NCBI GenBank assembly: GCA_964588985.1 | Contig: CAZPQW010000001.1 | Coordinates: 160,001 to 224,000, forward strand | Source of the DNA: an uncultured Solirubrobacteraceae bacterium | Lineage (GTDB): Bacteria > Actinomycetota > Thermoleophilia > Solirubrobacterales > Solirubrobacteraceae | DNA: 64,000 nt | Direction of reading: 5' to 3' | In this document: in pieces, positions 1 through 12,960 of the stretch | Layout: each line of letters begins with the position of its first letter | Position numbering within the stretch: position 1 is the stretch's first letter | The notes under the pieces: model-generated | The model's database searches: none | Seen by the model: only the letters and a program-made list of their open reading frames with translations | What the model was told of the DNA's origin: nothing | Made by a program: the position numbers and the translations under genes

Positions 1-1
1 G

Positions 2-2778
<2,777 letters not shown>

Positions 2779-2782
<4 letters not shown>

Positions 2783-5700
2783 GCGACTTTCGCCTCTCTC
2801 CCCAGCAGGCGTTCCTGCTCGGACGCGGCCCGTCGGCCGAGGTGTCCCAGATCGTGCTGGAGCTCGAGGCAGGTCCCGCGGGCGACGAGCTGCGGGCCCG
2901 GCTGGAGGCGCTCGTGCACCGCCACGAGGCGCTGCGGACCACCTTCGTGACGCCTACGGGTGCGCGCGCTCCGGTGGCGCAGACGATCCACGACCGCCTC
3001 GAGCCGGGATGGGACACGGTCAGTGGCGGCGAGGATCCGCTGGCCGATCGGGCGGCGCGCGAGGGCGTCCTCGCCGGCGAGGCGGCCCGCGTCGATCCGG
3101 GGCACGGTCCGAGCATCCGCGCACTGCTCGTCGAGCCCTCCGATGGCGGCAGAGCCCTGCTGCTGACCGCGCTCGCCGCGAGCGCCGACGCCCGCTCTCT
3201 GGTCCTGCTCGGCCGCGAGCTGCTTGCGGCGGCGACCCAGCGGTCCGGAGGAGACCCGATCCAGCACGCCGACTACGCCGAGTGGCGCCACGAGCTCCTG
3301 AACGGCGACGATCCTGACGCGGCGCGAGGCAGCTCGTTGTGGGCCTCGGCGGTCGAGGAGATCCGTCGCGAGACGCTGCTGTTCGGCGCGCGCGCGCACC
3401 GCGGCGGCGCGCGCGCGAAGGTGTATGTCCAGATCGATCTCGACCCTCACGACCGCAAGCGCCTCGACGATGCCGCGGCGGGCGCCGAGCTGTTCCTCGA
3501 CGCGGCGTGGCACGCGCTGCTCGCTCGCCTAACCGGCGCCACCGAGCTGTTGACGGCCGAGCTCGTCGACGGCCGATCGCAGCCCGACCTCGAGGATGCG
3601 ATCGGTCCGTATGCGCAGGTGACTGCGATCAGGCTCTCGATCGGGGCTGACACCCGATTCGTCGAGCTGATCGACCACCTCGCTCGAGTCCGCGCGGACG
3701 CCCGCAGGTGGCTCGACTACGCCGTCGAGGCGGACCTCGGTCGCGTGGTCGACGCCGCGACCGCCGGCTTCGACGCCGTCGCGGCCTCGTCCGACGCGGC
3801 CGTTCCTTTCCTCTCCGCCAGCGCGACCGGATGCCCGATCGAGCTGCGTTGGCTGGGCGGCGGCGCCCTCGAGCTGCGCTACGACTCGACCATCTACGAC
3901 GAGCGCGACGCCGAGGACATCTCGCGTCAATTCACGACACTGCTCGGTGCAGCACTTACCGATCCCTCGCAGCCGCTCGGCGAGCTGCGCCTGCTCGACG
4001 ACGCCACGCGCGCGGAGATCTACGCCATTGGTGGCGGCGAGCAGCCGGCCGGCGGATCCGACTGCGTGCACCACCGCTTCGCGCGCCAGGCGGCGAGCAC
4101 CCCCGATCTGGTCGCGGTCGCGGGGGACGGCGTGGCGGTCACGTTCCGGGAGCTGAACGAGAGCGCGAACCGGCTCGCCCACCACCTTCTCGACCTGGGC
4201 GTCGAGCGCGATCAGCCGGTCGGGCTGTGCATGCGCCGCTCGCCGGCGATGGTCGGCGCCCTGCTGGGCGTCATGAAGGCCGGCGGCGGCTACGTGCCGA
4301 TCAACTTCGCGCACCCGCCGGGCCGGATCGCGCACCAGCTCGCCGAGGCGGGCGTTCGCGTTCTCGTGACCGAGGCCGAGTTGGTCGAGCACCTGCCCGA
4401 GCAGGACACGACTACGGTCGTGTGCGTCGATCGCGACGCCGAGCGGATCGCGACGCGTCCCTCCGAGGATCCGCCGCGCAGCTCGCGGCCAGCGGACCTC
4501 GCGTACGTGATCTACACGTCCGGCTCGACCGGCCTGCCCAAGGGCGTGGCGGTCACGCACGCCAACCTCGACAACTACACCGCCGCGATCGTGGAGCGAC
4601 TCGGCGCGTCGGAGGCTATGGGGTTCGCGCTCGTCTCGGAGATCAGCACCGACCTCGGCAACACCGCGGTCTTCCCGCCGCTCGTCACCGGCGGCTGCCT
4701 GCACGTGATCGACAACGAGACCGCGATGGATGGCGGCGCGCTCGCCGCATACGCCGCGGAGCACCCGATCGACGTCGTCAAGATCACCCCCACCCACCTG
4801 CGAGCGCTGCTCGCGGCCGACGAGCGGGTTCTTCCCCGGCGCTGGCTCGTAGTCGGGGGAGAGGCGCTGTCGTGGGAGCTGGTGGAGCGGATCGAGGCTG
4901 CCGGTTCCGGCTGTCGCGTGCTCAACCACTACGGCCCGACGGAGACGACCGTCGGCTGCTGCACCTTCGAGGTCAAACCCGGCGCGCAGAGGCCGCCATC
5001 GGCCACCGTGCCGATCGGACGTCCTCTCCCCGGCGCCCGCGCGTACGTGCTCGACGCGCAGCTCGAGCCTGTGCCGGTCGGGGTCGCCGGCGAGCTGTGC
5101 GTCGGCGGGGCCGGAGTGGCCCGCGGGTATGTGAATCGGCCCGATGAGACCGCCGAGCGGTTCGCCGAGGATCCGCAGGGCGGGCGCATGTACAGGACCG
5201 GCGACCGCGTGCGCTTCCTGCGCGACGGCTCGATCGAGTTCCTCGGACGCCTCGACCACCAGCTCAAGATCCGCGGCTACCGCGTCGAGCCCGGCGAGAT
5301 CGAGACCGCGCTGGCGCGCCATCCGGCGATTCGCGAGGCCGCCGTGGTGCCGGTCGGCGACGGAGACGGGGACCCCCGGCTGGTCGCGTACTTCGTCGCC
5401 GCCTCAGAGCCGTCGCTTGACGATCTGCGGGAGTTCCTCGCGCAGTCGCTGCCCGAGTACATGCTGCCCTCCCGCTGGGTGCCGATCGGCGCGTTCCCGC
5501 TGACTCCAAGCGGCAAGGTCGATCGTCTCGCGCTCCCCGATCCAGACTCGGTGCAGTCGCAGCGGCGGGTGGAGTTCGTCGCCCCGCGGGACGAGGTCGA
5601 GACCGAGATCGCGGCGATCTGGTCTGCGCTGCTGGGGGTCGAGGACGTCGGCGTGCTCGACGACTTCTTCGCGCTCGGTGGCCACTCCCTGCTGGCGACA

Positions 5701-5823
5701 CAGGCGATCATGCGGATTCGTCGGGTCTACGGCGAGATCCCGCTGGGTGCGCTCTTCAACTCGCCGACGGTGGGCGCGCTGGCCGACGTGATCCGAGCAC
5801 GGATCTCTGCCGACGCGCCGTAG
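2779..5823 (+). CDS. NRPS, degenerate C (interface-like)-A-T; A domain predicted Asp
   Basis: ATG 2779 overlaps the upstream TGA (ATGA) with GGAGGAG SD. N-terminal C-like domain (LSPQQ, RHEALRT) has ALAASADARS in place of HHxxxDG. A motifs TDLGNT, KITPTH, NHYGPTETTVG give code DLTKVGHVGK; T domain GGHSL. Confidence 0.93.
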
Positions 5824-5843
5824 ACCTTCCGCGGCGTTCTCCG

Positions 5844-7790
5844 CTATCGCAGGGTGAACGGCTTCGTGACCACGACGGGCGATCCGCCCGTCGGAGTGAA
5901 GGTACCCCGGCCCGTCAACTTGATCCGGCGACCGTGCTTGAGCAGGCTCTTGCCACGCGCCGTGAGCTTGAGCGCCAGCTTCCACACGCCTTTCGTCGTG
6001 ATGGTGGCCTGGCCGCTCGCCACGAGGATCGGCTTGGCGCTCGCGAGGTGGGCCCCCTTCGGAAGCTCGTACCAGGAGATCGCGACTGGGCCGGCGGCGG
6101 GCGCGTCGAACGTCACCTGATAGCCGCGGTGCTTGCGGACCGAGGCGATACGACCCGCCTTCCCGATGGGCAGCAGCGCGCCCAGCAGCGCCGCCTGGAT
6201 CTGGGCCGGGTTGGGCGCAGCTTCGCCGCCGCCGGAGCCACCTGAGCCGCCGCCCGATCCGCCGCTGCCGCCTGTCCCGCCACCGCCTGTCGATGGCGTC
6301 GTGACCGTCCAGTCGTAAGTGGCGGTGTTGGTGTTGCCGGCGGAGTCGGTGGCCTGGACCTGGAAGCTGTGGGCGCCCGCGCCGAGCGCTGTGTAGGACT
6401 GGCTGGTGGGAGTGGCGCACTGCGTCCAGATGCCTGAGTCCAACTGGCACTGCACGGTTGCGACTGCGTCGTTGACGGAGAAGGCGAAGCTCGCTGATGT
6501 GAGAGCGGTCGGGTTGGGGGGCTCCGATTCGGCGGCGATCGTCGCTTCGACCGGTTCGGGATCGAGTGTGATCACGGACACCGTGCCGGTCAGTTCTGGG
6601 CCTTCGGGCTGCAGCGCGAAGGGGGGGAAGGGGGTCTGGTGCTGCGTCGAGAGGTTGGTCGAGGTGGCGATCACGTGGCTGCCCGTCGGATCGAGGTCGA
6701 GCCCGGTGGTGGAATGAAGGTGCGCCGGGTCGCTGTAGCTCGCGAGCAGTCGCGGGCTGAGCGGGTTGGAGATGTCGATGACGGCGATGCCGGCGGCTTC
6801 GGAGGCGGAGACGAACGCCATGTTTCCTCGCACCCGGATCCGGTAACCGCCTGCGAGCGCGGAGTTCGCGAGGAACCCGACGACCTTCGGTTCTTTTGGG
6901 TTGCTGATGTCGACAGCAGCCAGCGGCCCGTTCGATTTCTGGTTGATGACGTACGCGTAGCTGCCGCTGATCGCCACGTCGACGGGGAACGTGAAGTGCG
7001 TGGTGTCGTGCAGCGAGGTGACGAGCTTCGGTTCGACGGGGTTGGCGATGTCGACCACTGTGAGGCGGTCCTGGTAGGCGGCGGTGAGGTACGCGTAGGT
7101 GCCCGAGATCGCGACAGCGGTGACGTGGCTGAAGGCTTCCGGTTCGGCTTCGCTACGCAGCGTGGCGACTATCTTCGGCGCTTCCGGGCCGGCGATTTCG
7201 ATTACGTCCAGGGCGTTGCCCACGGAGGGGTCCGGGCATGGCTGTTCTTTTCCGAGGGTGAGGCATCCCTGCGAGGCGACGTACGCGTAGTTGCCGGACA
7301 CGGCGATCCCGTAGGCGCCGAACAGGCTGTTGGGGTCGCGCACCGAGCCGACGATCGTGGGTTTGGCCGGGTTGGTGTGGATGTCGAGAATCGTCAGGCT
7401 GTTGCCCGAGCCGTCGTCGTTGCTTCCAGAGACTTTGGCTTCGTTGCGGTTCTTCGAGACGACGAACGCATAGCCGCCGGCGATGTTGACCGTGTCCCCG
7501 TTCTCCAGTTCGTTGCTTGACGCGCTCGACCCCACGAGGAGCGGCGAGGAGGGAAGCGAGATGTCGATCGCGCTGAGCCGGCCAGCGAAGTAGTCGGTCA
7601 CGTACGCGTAGATACCTTCGACCGCTACGGAGTCGACGCCCGGAAGCGTCGCGGAGTCGCTCACCGAGCCGGCGAGCACCGGGTTGACAGCCGCCTGCGC
7701 GGACACGGGCGCGAGCAACACCGCGGCCGCGACCAGAGTCGCCCAGCGCGCCGTGATCCAGACCGTCCCTCGAGTCCCGCGGAGGGTCAC
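5844..7790 (-). CDS. Secreted LVIVD-repeat (beta-propeller) protein with Ig-like domain, Gly/Ser linker and basic C-terminal domain
   Basis: GTG 7790 sits just after the NRPS stop. Signal peptide ending SAQA; repeated YAYV...L.vvDIsnP units; CQLD...C...FQVQATD Ig-like unit. Confidence 0.85.
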   Translation of the reverse strand: MTLRGTRGTVWITARWATLVAAAVLLAPVSAQAAVNPVLAGSVSDSATLPGVDSVAVEGIYAYVTDYFAGRLSAIDISLPSSPLLVGSSASSNELENGDTVNIAGGYAFVVSKNRNEAKVSGSNDDGSGNSLTILDIHTNPAKPTIVGSVRDPNSLFGAYGIAVSGNYAYVASQGCLTLGKEQPCPDPSVGNALDVIEIAGPEAPKIVATLRSEAEPEAFSHVTAVAISGTYAYLTAAYQDRLTVVDIANPVEPKLVTSLHDTTHFTFPVDVAISGSYAYVINQKSNGPLAAVDISNPKEPKVVGFLANSALAGGYRIRVRGNMAFVSASEAAGIAVIDISNPLSPRLLASYSDPAHLHSTTGLDLDPTGSHVIATSTNLSTQHQTPFPPFALQPEGPELTGTVSVITLDPEPVEATIAAESEPPNPTALTSASFAFSVNDAVATVQCQLDSGIWTQCATPTSQSYTALGAGAHSFQVQATDSAGNTNTATYDWTVTTPSTGGGGTGGSGGSGGGSGGSGGGEAAPNPAQIQAALLGALLPIGKAGRIASVRKHRGYQVTFDAPAAGPVAISWYELPKGAHLASAKPILVASGQATITTKGVWKLALKLTARGKSLLKHGRRIKLTGRGTFTPTGGSPVVVTKPFTLR

Positions 7791-7792
7791 AG

Positions 7793-10700
7793 CTACCGCT
7801 CCAGGTACTCCTGCAGCCGCTCGGCGACGAAGCCGACGGCCGGCTCCTGCATCACCTGACGGTTGTTGTCGTGCTCGCCGGGCACTGCGTAGCTGATGAC
7901 CGTGCCGAGCGACTCCCAGCCGAGCGTCGGGTCTTCGTAGAGCTCCTGCCCGTAGAAGACGAGCAGCTCCCCGGGGTAGGGGGTGGGGACGTAGCTTTTC
8001 TCCGCGTCGCTGTGCAGGTTGAAGAAGAACTCCTCGCGGTCGCGCTCGGGCACCGGGCGGCCGAGTGAGAGCAGCAGCCGCGTACGCGGTGTGCGCGTGT
8101 ACCGGTAGAAGCCGCTCACCAGTTTGTGAGGTTCGACGATCGCCCGCGGGAGGCGCGCGATCAGCTTGAACGGCGCCAACAGCCTCCGCTTGCGTCGGCG
8201 GGCGCGACGGACGTGCGGCGGGGGCATCGGCTCGCGCGAGCGCTTCGCGCGCCAGCTGGGCTGGTTGGCGTAGTAGCCCCACTGTTTGACCCACAGGGGG
8301 CTCGGACCGTTGAACATCGCCACGAGCTGCACGTCCTCGCCGGCAGCCAGGAGCTGCTGTGCGATCTCGAATGCGACGATCGTGCCGAAGCAGTAGCCGG
8401 CGATCAGCCACGGGCCGCCCGGATGCACCTGGCGCATCTCGGTGATGTAGTGCGACGCCATCTCCTCCACTGTCCGCAGCGGCGAGCTGCCGCCGTACAG
8501 CCCGCTCGACTGCAGGCCGTAGAACGGCTGCTCCGTTCCGAGCCGGCGAGCGAGCCGATGCAGGTGCAGGATGGTGCCCGCTCCGCCGTGGATGCAGAAG
8601 ATCGGCGGGCGTGAGCCGAGCGGCTGGATCGGCACGAGCGAGGTCCAGCGCGAGGAGTCCGCGCCGGCCTCGATCAGCTTGGCGAGCGCCTCGATCGTGG
8701 GAGCCCTGAATATCGCCCCCAGGGGCAGGCTGTCGCCGAGGTCGCGCTCGATCGCGGCGAACAGCGTCGCCGCCACGATCGACGAGACGCCGAGGTCGAA
8801 GAAGTTGTCGGTGACGCCGATCGGGTGGATGTCGAGCTCGCGTTCCCAGGTCGAGACCAGTCGGCGCTCCAGGTCGGTGCGAGGGGCGATCAGCTCGTGT
8901 CCGCTGGAGCGTTCGCGGACCGGCTCCGGCAGCGCCTTGCGGTCGACCTTGCCGTTGGGCGTCAGGGGGAACGCCTCGAGCGTGGTCACGGTCGAGGGGA
9001 CCATGTACGCGGGCAGCGTCTCGCCCAGGTACCCGCGCAGCTCGTGGGCCGGCAGCGCCTCTCCCCGCGCGGTTACGTATGCGGCGAGCTCCGCCTCGGC
9101 GTCGCTGCCTCGGGCTACGACGACGGCTTCGACGATGCCAGGGTGGCGCGCGAGCACGGTCTCGATCTCGCCGAGCTCGATGCGAAAGCCGCGCACCTTG
9201 ACCTGGTGGTCGATCCTGCCGAGGAACTCGACGTCCCCGTCCTCTCGGTAGCGGGCGAGGTCCCCCGTCCTGTAGATACGCGCTCCGGGCGTGTCGTCGA
9301 ACGGGTGCGCGACGAATCGTTCGGCGGTCATCTCGGCCTGCCCGCGGTAGCCGCGGGCGAGTCCGTCGCCGCCGATCCACAGCTCGCCGGCGACCCCGAC
9401 CGGCACGGGTTGCATCGCCGCGTCGAGGATGTACAGGGTGGTGTTCGCGATCGGGCGCCCGATCGTCAACGGCTGGCCCTGTGTCGTCACGCGGTCGCAG
9501 GTCGACCAGATGGTCGTCTCGGTCGGCCCGTACATGTTCCACAGCTCGAGGCCCGCGTCGACGAGGCGGTCGGCGAGCGCGACCGGCAGCGCCTCGCCGC
9601 CGCACAGGGCCTTCAATCCCGGCCTGCCGACGAGGCCGCTGTCGACGAGCATCCGCCACGTCGTCGGCGTCGCCTGCATGACGGTCGCCTGTGAGCGGTC
9701 GAGCAGCTCCGCGAGCGCCCGCGGGTCCTCCGCGGTCTCGCTCGGGGCGATCACCACCCGCGCCCCCGTCGTCAGCGGCAGGTACAGCTCGAGGCCCGCG
9801 ATGTCGAAGGAGAGCGTCGTCACGGCCACGAGCACGTCCTCGGCGGTCAGCCCCGGCCGCTCCCTCATCGTGGTGAGGAAGTTCACCAGCGCGCGGTGGG
9901 GGATCTGCACGCCCTTCGGGTTGCCCGTCGAGCCGGACGTGTAGATGACGTAGGCCAGCTGCTCTGGGTCGCCGGCGACATCAGGGGGGGTGCTCGGCCG
10001 TTGGGCGATCGCGCTCCAGTCGGTGTCCAGACAGACGACGTGAGCGTTGCCCACGGGCAGGGAGTCGCGCAGCTCCTCCTGCGTGACGATCACCGGCGCT
10101 TCGGAGTTGGTGAGCATGTACGTCTGGCGCTCGGCCGGGTAGGCGGGGTCGATCGGGACGTAGGCGCCGCCCGCCTTGAGGATCCCGAGAAGCCCGACGA
10201 CCATCGCGGTCGAGCGCCTCGTGCAGATGCCGACGAGCACGTCCGGGCCGACGCCGAGGTCGAGGAGGTGGTGGGCGAGCTGGTTGGCGCTCGCATCGAG
10301 CTCCGCGTACGTGAGCCGCTCCTCGCGGCACTCGACGGCCACCGCGTCCGGTGTCGCGGCCGCCTGTTGCGCGATCAGCTCGTGCAGGCACGCAACGGGG
10401 TAGGGGGCGGCGGTGTCGTTGAGCTCGATCAGCAGCCTGGCGCGCTCCTGCTCATCGAGCAGTGGCAGTGCGCCGACGGCGATGCCAGGATCGGCAAGCG
10501 CCGCCGCGAGCAGGGTGCGCAGATGCCCGACGAACCTCCCGTTCACGCCCGCGGCCTCGCCGCGGAGCTCGAGCTCATCGCCGCCGGGGCTGGCATACAG
10601 GCAGGGCTCCGGCAGCGGGCTGTCAGCGGGGCCTCTGCCGACGGCGACCACGGCGTCCGTGGGGCCGTGGCCGTTCTCGCCCTCGACCCCGCCTTCGAGC

Positions 10701-10915
10701 GCCTCGCGCACCTGCTCCAGGAGCTCGGAGAATGCGAGCTCTCCGTCGAGGCGGACCGGGAGCGCGCGCGGCTGGGCCGCCCCGCCGGGGGCGTACCCGA
10801 CGAGGACCTCGGAGCGGTCGCTGTAGCGGTGGAGCAGCGCCGCCACGCCCGCGATCAGTTGGCAGCCGAACTCGTCCTCCCGCTCGGCGGGTTGCGTGAT
10901 CTGTTCCGTGGAAAT
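7793..10915 (-). CDS. NRPS terminal module, partial C remnant-A-T-TE; A domain predicted Gly (start uncertain)
   Basis: YTSGSTG, FDIAGLE, NMYGPTETTIWS (code DILQLGMIWK), T domain FFDLGVSS, TE GYCFG. Start is either ATT 10915 after GGAGG or ATG 11032. Confidence 0.9.
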   Translation of the reverse strand: MSTEQITQPAEREDEFGCQLIAGVAALLHRYSDRSEVLVGYAPGGAAQPRALPVRLDGELAFSELLEQVREALEGGVEGENGHGPTDAVVAVGRGPADSPLPEPCLYASPGGDELELRGEAAGVNGRFVGHLRTLLAAALADPGIAVGALPLLDEQERARLLIELNDTAAPYPVACLHELIAQQAAATPDAVAVECREERLTYAELDASANQLAHHLLDLGVGPDVLVGICTRRSTAMVVGLLGILKAGGAYVPIDPAYPAERQTYMLTNSEAPVIVTQEELRDSLPVGNAHVVCLDTDWSAIAQRPSTPPDVAGDPEQLAYVIYTSGSTGNPKGVQIPHRALVNFLTTMRERPGLTAEDVLVAVTTLSFDIAGLELYLPLTTGARVVIAPSETAEDPRALAELLDRSQATVMQATPTTWRMLVDSGLVGRPGLKALCGGEALPVALADRLVDAGLELWNMYGPTETTIWSTCDRVTTQGQPLTIGRPIANTTLYILDAAMQPVPVGVAGELWIGGDGLARGYRGQAEMTAERFVAHPFDDTPGARIYRTGDLARYREDGDVEFLGRIDHQVKVRGFRIELGEIETVLARHPGIVEAVVVARGSDAEAELAAYVTARGEALPAHELRGYLGETLPAYMVPSTVTTLEAFPLTPNGKVDRKALPEPVRERSSGHELIAPRTDLERRLVSTWERELDIHPIGVTDNFFDLGVSSIVAATLFAAIERDLGDSLPLGAIFRAPTIEALAKLIEAGADSSRWTSLVPIQPLGSRPPIFCIHGGAGTILHLHRLARRLGTEQPFYGLQSSGLYGGSSPLRTVEEMASHYITEMRQVHPGGPWLIAGYCFGTIVAFEIAQQLLAAGEDVQLVAMFNGPSPLWVKQWGYYANQPSWRAKRSREPMPPPHVRRARRRKRRLLAPFKLIARLPRAIVEPHKLVSGFYRYTRTPRTRLLLSLGRPVPERDREEFFFNLHSDAEKSYVPTPYPGELLVFYGQELYEDPTLGWESLGTVISYAVPGEHDNNRQVMQEPAVGFVAERLQEYLER

Positions 10916-11032
10916 TGCCCTTCGCCTCCGTGCCCGAAGATGATCCGATGCGGTGCGATGCCCCGGTACCCCATCCGTCCGCGCATCCTGCGCGATCCGT
11001 CCCAATCCTGGCCAAATGGTACCGGATGTCAT

Positions 11033-11038
11033 TACTAT
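11033..11038 (+). promoter_or_regulatory. Putative -10 element (TACTAT) for a leaderless PPTase transcript
   Basis: TAnnnT hexamer 6 nt upstream of in-frame GTG 11045. Confidence 0.5.
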
Positions 11039-11044
11039 TCGTGC

Positions 11045-11839
11045 GTGGTGTTGGCCGTCGACATGGGGGAAACCGTCGTGGGAGCACCGGACGAGCCTTG
11101 CGTGCCCACGACCCTGCCCGCGAACGAGGTCCACGTGTGGCGGGACTCGCTGTCGCGGCCGCCCGCGGAGGTCGCCCGGCTGCGGACCCTGTTGGCGCCG
11201 GATGAGCGCCGCCGCGCCGACCGTTACAGGTTCGAGCGCCACCGCTCGCGCTACGTCGTCGGCCGCGCGACGCTGCGTTTGCTGCTCGCGCGCTACCTCG
11301 ATGTCGGGCCCGGCGAGATGGAGATCGGCTATGGCGAGTTCGACAAGCCCTACCTGGCGGGCGGACCCAGCTTCAACCTCTCCCACTCGGGGACCGTCGT
11401 CCTCTACGCCTTCGCGGCCGCCGGCGAGCTCGGGATCGACGTCGAGCTCGACGACGCCGGCTTCTCGAGCGAACGCATCGCCGAGCGATTCTTCTCCCCG
11501 TCGGAGGTGAGCGTGCTGCGAGCCCTGCCGGCAGACGCTCAGCCGCGGGCCTTCCTCGCGTGCTGGACGCGCAAGGAGGCATTCATCAAGGCGCGCGGAG
11601 ACGGGTTGAGCTTGGCACTTGACAGTTTCGATGTCACACTTTCGCCTGACGCCCCCGCCGCGCTGGTGCGCACCGCGTGGTGCAGCGAGGAGCCGGGGCA
11701 CTGGAGCATGGAGGACTTGAGTGACAGTCGGGCCGGATACGTAGCGGCAGTGGCGATGCGCGGCAACGGATGGCACGTGGTCGAACGACAGATAGAAGAC
11801 ACGATCGAGGGCGGCATGCCCGGACAGGAGCAAGGATGA
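11045..11839 (+). CDS. 4'-phosphopantetheinyl transferase (Sfp type)
   Basis: FNLSHSG, LGIDVE and WTRKEAFIKARG motifs. Start GTG 11045 or ATG 11063. Confidence 0.93.
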   Translation: MVLAVDMGETVVGAPDEPCVPTTLPANEVHVWRDSLSRPPAEVARLRTLLAPDERRRADRYRFERHRSRYVVGRATLRLLLARYLDVGPGEMEIGYGEFDKPYLAGGPSFNLSHSGTVVLYAFAAAGELGIDVELDDAGFSSERIAERFFSPSEVSVLRALPADAQPRAFLACWTRKEAFIKARGDGLSLALDSFDVTLSPDAPAALVRTAWCSEEPGHWSMEDLSDSRAGYVAAVAMRGNGWHVVERQIEDTIEGGMPGQEQG

Positions 11840-12891
11840 GCGCAGAACAGGAGCCGTCGGGTGCAATGGGGGGCCTGAGGGGCATGCGACGCAAGGCGGT
11901 GGAGACGACGGAGCTGGTGCAGACCGGCTTTCTGCCGGGCAACGAGGGGCGCCTGCCGTTGGTGATCACACCGGCGGTCGACAATGTCGATCTCGCTGCT
12001 TGGTGTGCGAGTCACCTGGAGGACGTCGAAGGTCATCTGGACCGTCACGGGGCGATTCTGTTCCGCGGCTTCCCGCTCGCGGGCGCCGAGGACTTCGAGG
12101 CCGTCGCGTCGACGATCGCCGGCGATCTGTTCGCCGAGTACGGCGACCTGCCGCCCGAGGAAGCAGGCCAGAAGATCTACCACTCCACGCCCTACCCGCC
12201 GGACAAGATGATCCTGTTTCACAACGAGAGCTCGCACTTCTCCAGCTGGCCCCTGCGGCAGTTCTTCTTCTGCGTGGTCCCGTCTCGGGAGCAGGGTGAG
12301 ACGCCGCTGCTGGACTGCCGGGAGGTCTACGAGAAGCTCGACAGGGAGATCGTCGAGGCGTTCGAGAGCAAGGGCCTCGTGTACGTGCGTAACTTCTCCG
12401 AGGGCGTCGACGTGCCGTGGCAGGACTTCTTCCACACCGACGACAAGGCAGCCGTCGAAGACACCTGCGCCAAAGCCGGGATGACGTGCGAGTGGACAGA
12501 GCTGGGCCTGCGCGTCAAGCAGCTCGCGAAGGGCGTGCGGACGCACCCTCGCACGGGCGAGAAGCTGTTCTTCAACCAGGTGCAGCTGCACCACATCGCG
12601 TGTCTGGACGAGGAGACGCGGACGGCGCTGCGCCAGCTGTTCGACGACGAGGACCTTCCCCGCAACGTGTACTACGGCGACGGGACGCCGATTCCGGACG
12701 AGGTGATGGACCGGATCGGCGAGGTCTACGAGGAGCTGTGCGTGGAGGCTCCCTGGGAGGCGGGCGATCTGATCGCGCTGGACAACATGATCGTCGCGCA
12801 CGCTCGTCGCCCGTTCGTGGGCGAGCGCAAGATCATCGTCGCGATGGGCAAGATGCAGCACGCCGAGGATGTCGCACCTGCGGCGGCGTAG
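11836..12891 (+). CDS. TauD/TfdA Fe(II)/2-OG dioxygenase, SyrP-like (candidate aspartyl beta-hydroxylase)
   Basis: ATGA overlap with the PPTase stop. HGAILFRGF, FHNE (HxE), FFNQ and DNMIVAHAR motifs. Confidence 0.92.
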   Translation: MSAEQEPSGAMGGLRGMRRKAVETTELVQTGFLPGNEGRLPLVITPAVDNVDLAAWCASHLEDVEGHLDRHGAILFRGFPLAGAEDFEAVASTIAGDLFAEYGDLPPEEAGQKIYHSTPYPPDKMILFHNESSHFSSWPLRQFFFCVVPSREQGETPLLDCREVYEKLDREIVEAFESKGLVYVRNFSEGVDVPWQDFFHTDDKAAVEDTCAKAGMTCEWTELGLRVKQLAKGVRTHPRTGEKLFFNQVQLHHIACLDEETRTALRQLFDDEDLPRNVYYGDGTPIPDEVMDRIGEVYEELCVEAPWEAGDLIALDNMIVAHARRPFVGERKIIVAMGKMQHAEDVAPAAA

Positions 12892-12903
12892 GCAGGACGT
12901 GCA

Positions 12904-12939
12904 CCGGTCGCGCGGGTCCTGCCTGACCTGCGCGACCGG
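12904..12939. terminator. GC-rich hairpin between convergent genes
   Basis: ccggtcgcgcgggtc ... gacctgcgcgaccgg inverted repeat with one G-U pair. Confidence 0.55.
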
Positions 12940-12960
12940 CCGGAGCGCCGGGGGCGGCGG

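Noticed and set aside
3529-5322. Long antisense ORFs (also 47266..48546, 57440..58906, 60524..62384)
   Set aside because: Typical stop-poor antisense frames of high-GC genes, with no recognisable motifs.
8380-8410. Monobactam or beta-lactone biosynthesis inferred from the Cys-TE plus sulfotransferases
   Set aside because: The module's predicted substrate is Gly, with no beta-OH or beta-NH2, and the sulfotransferases sit among glycan genes far away.
7791-9659. Upstream extension of ORF 5844..9659, suggesting an NRPS-LVIVD fusion or frameshift
   Set aside because: Off-frame shadow of the A-T-TE gene. The LVIVD protein has its own signal peptide after GTG 7790.
9896-11044. Extension of the PPTase ORF to 647 aa
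   Set aside because: Antisense to the NRPS. PPTase similarity begins only near 11045-11063.
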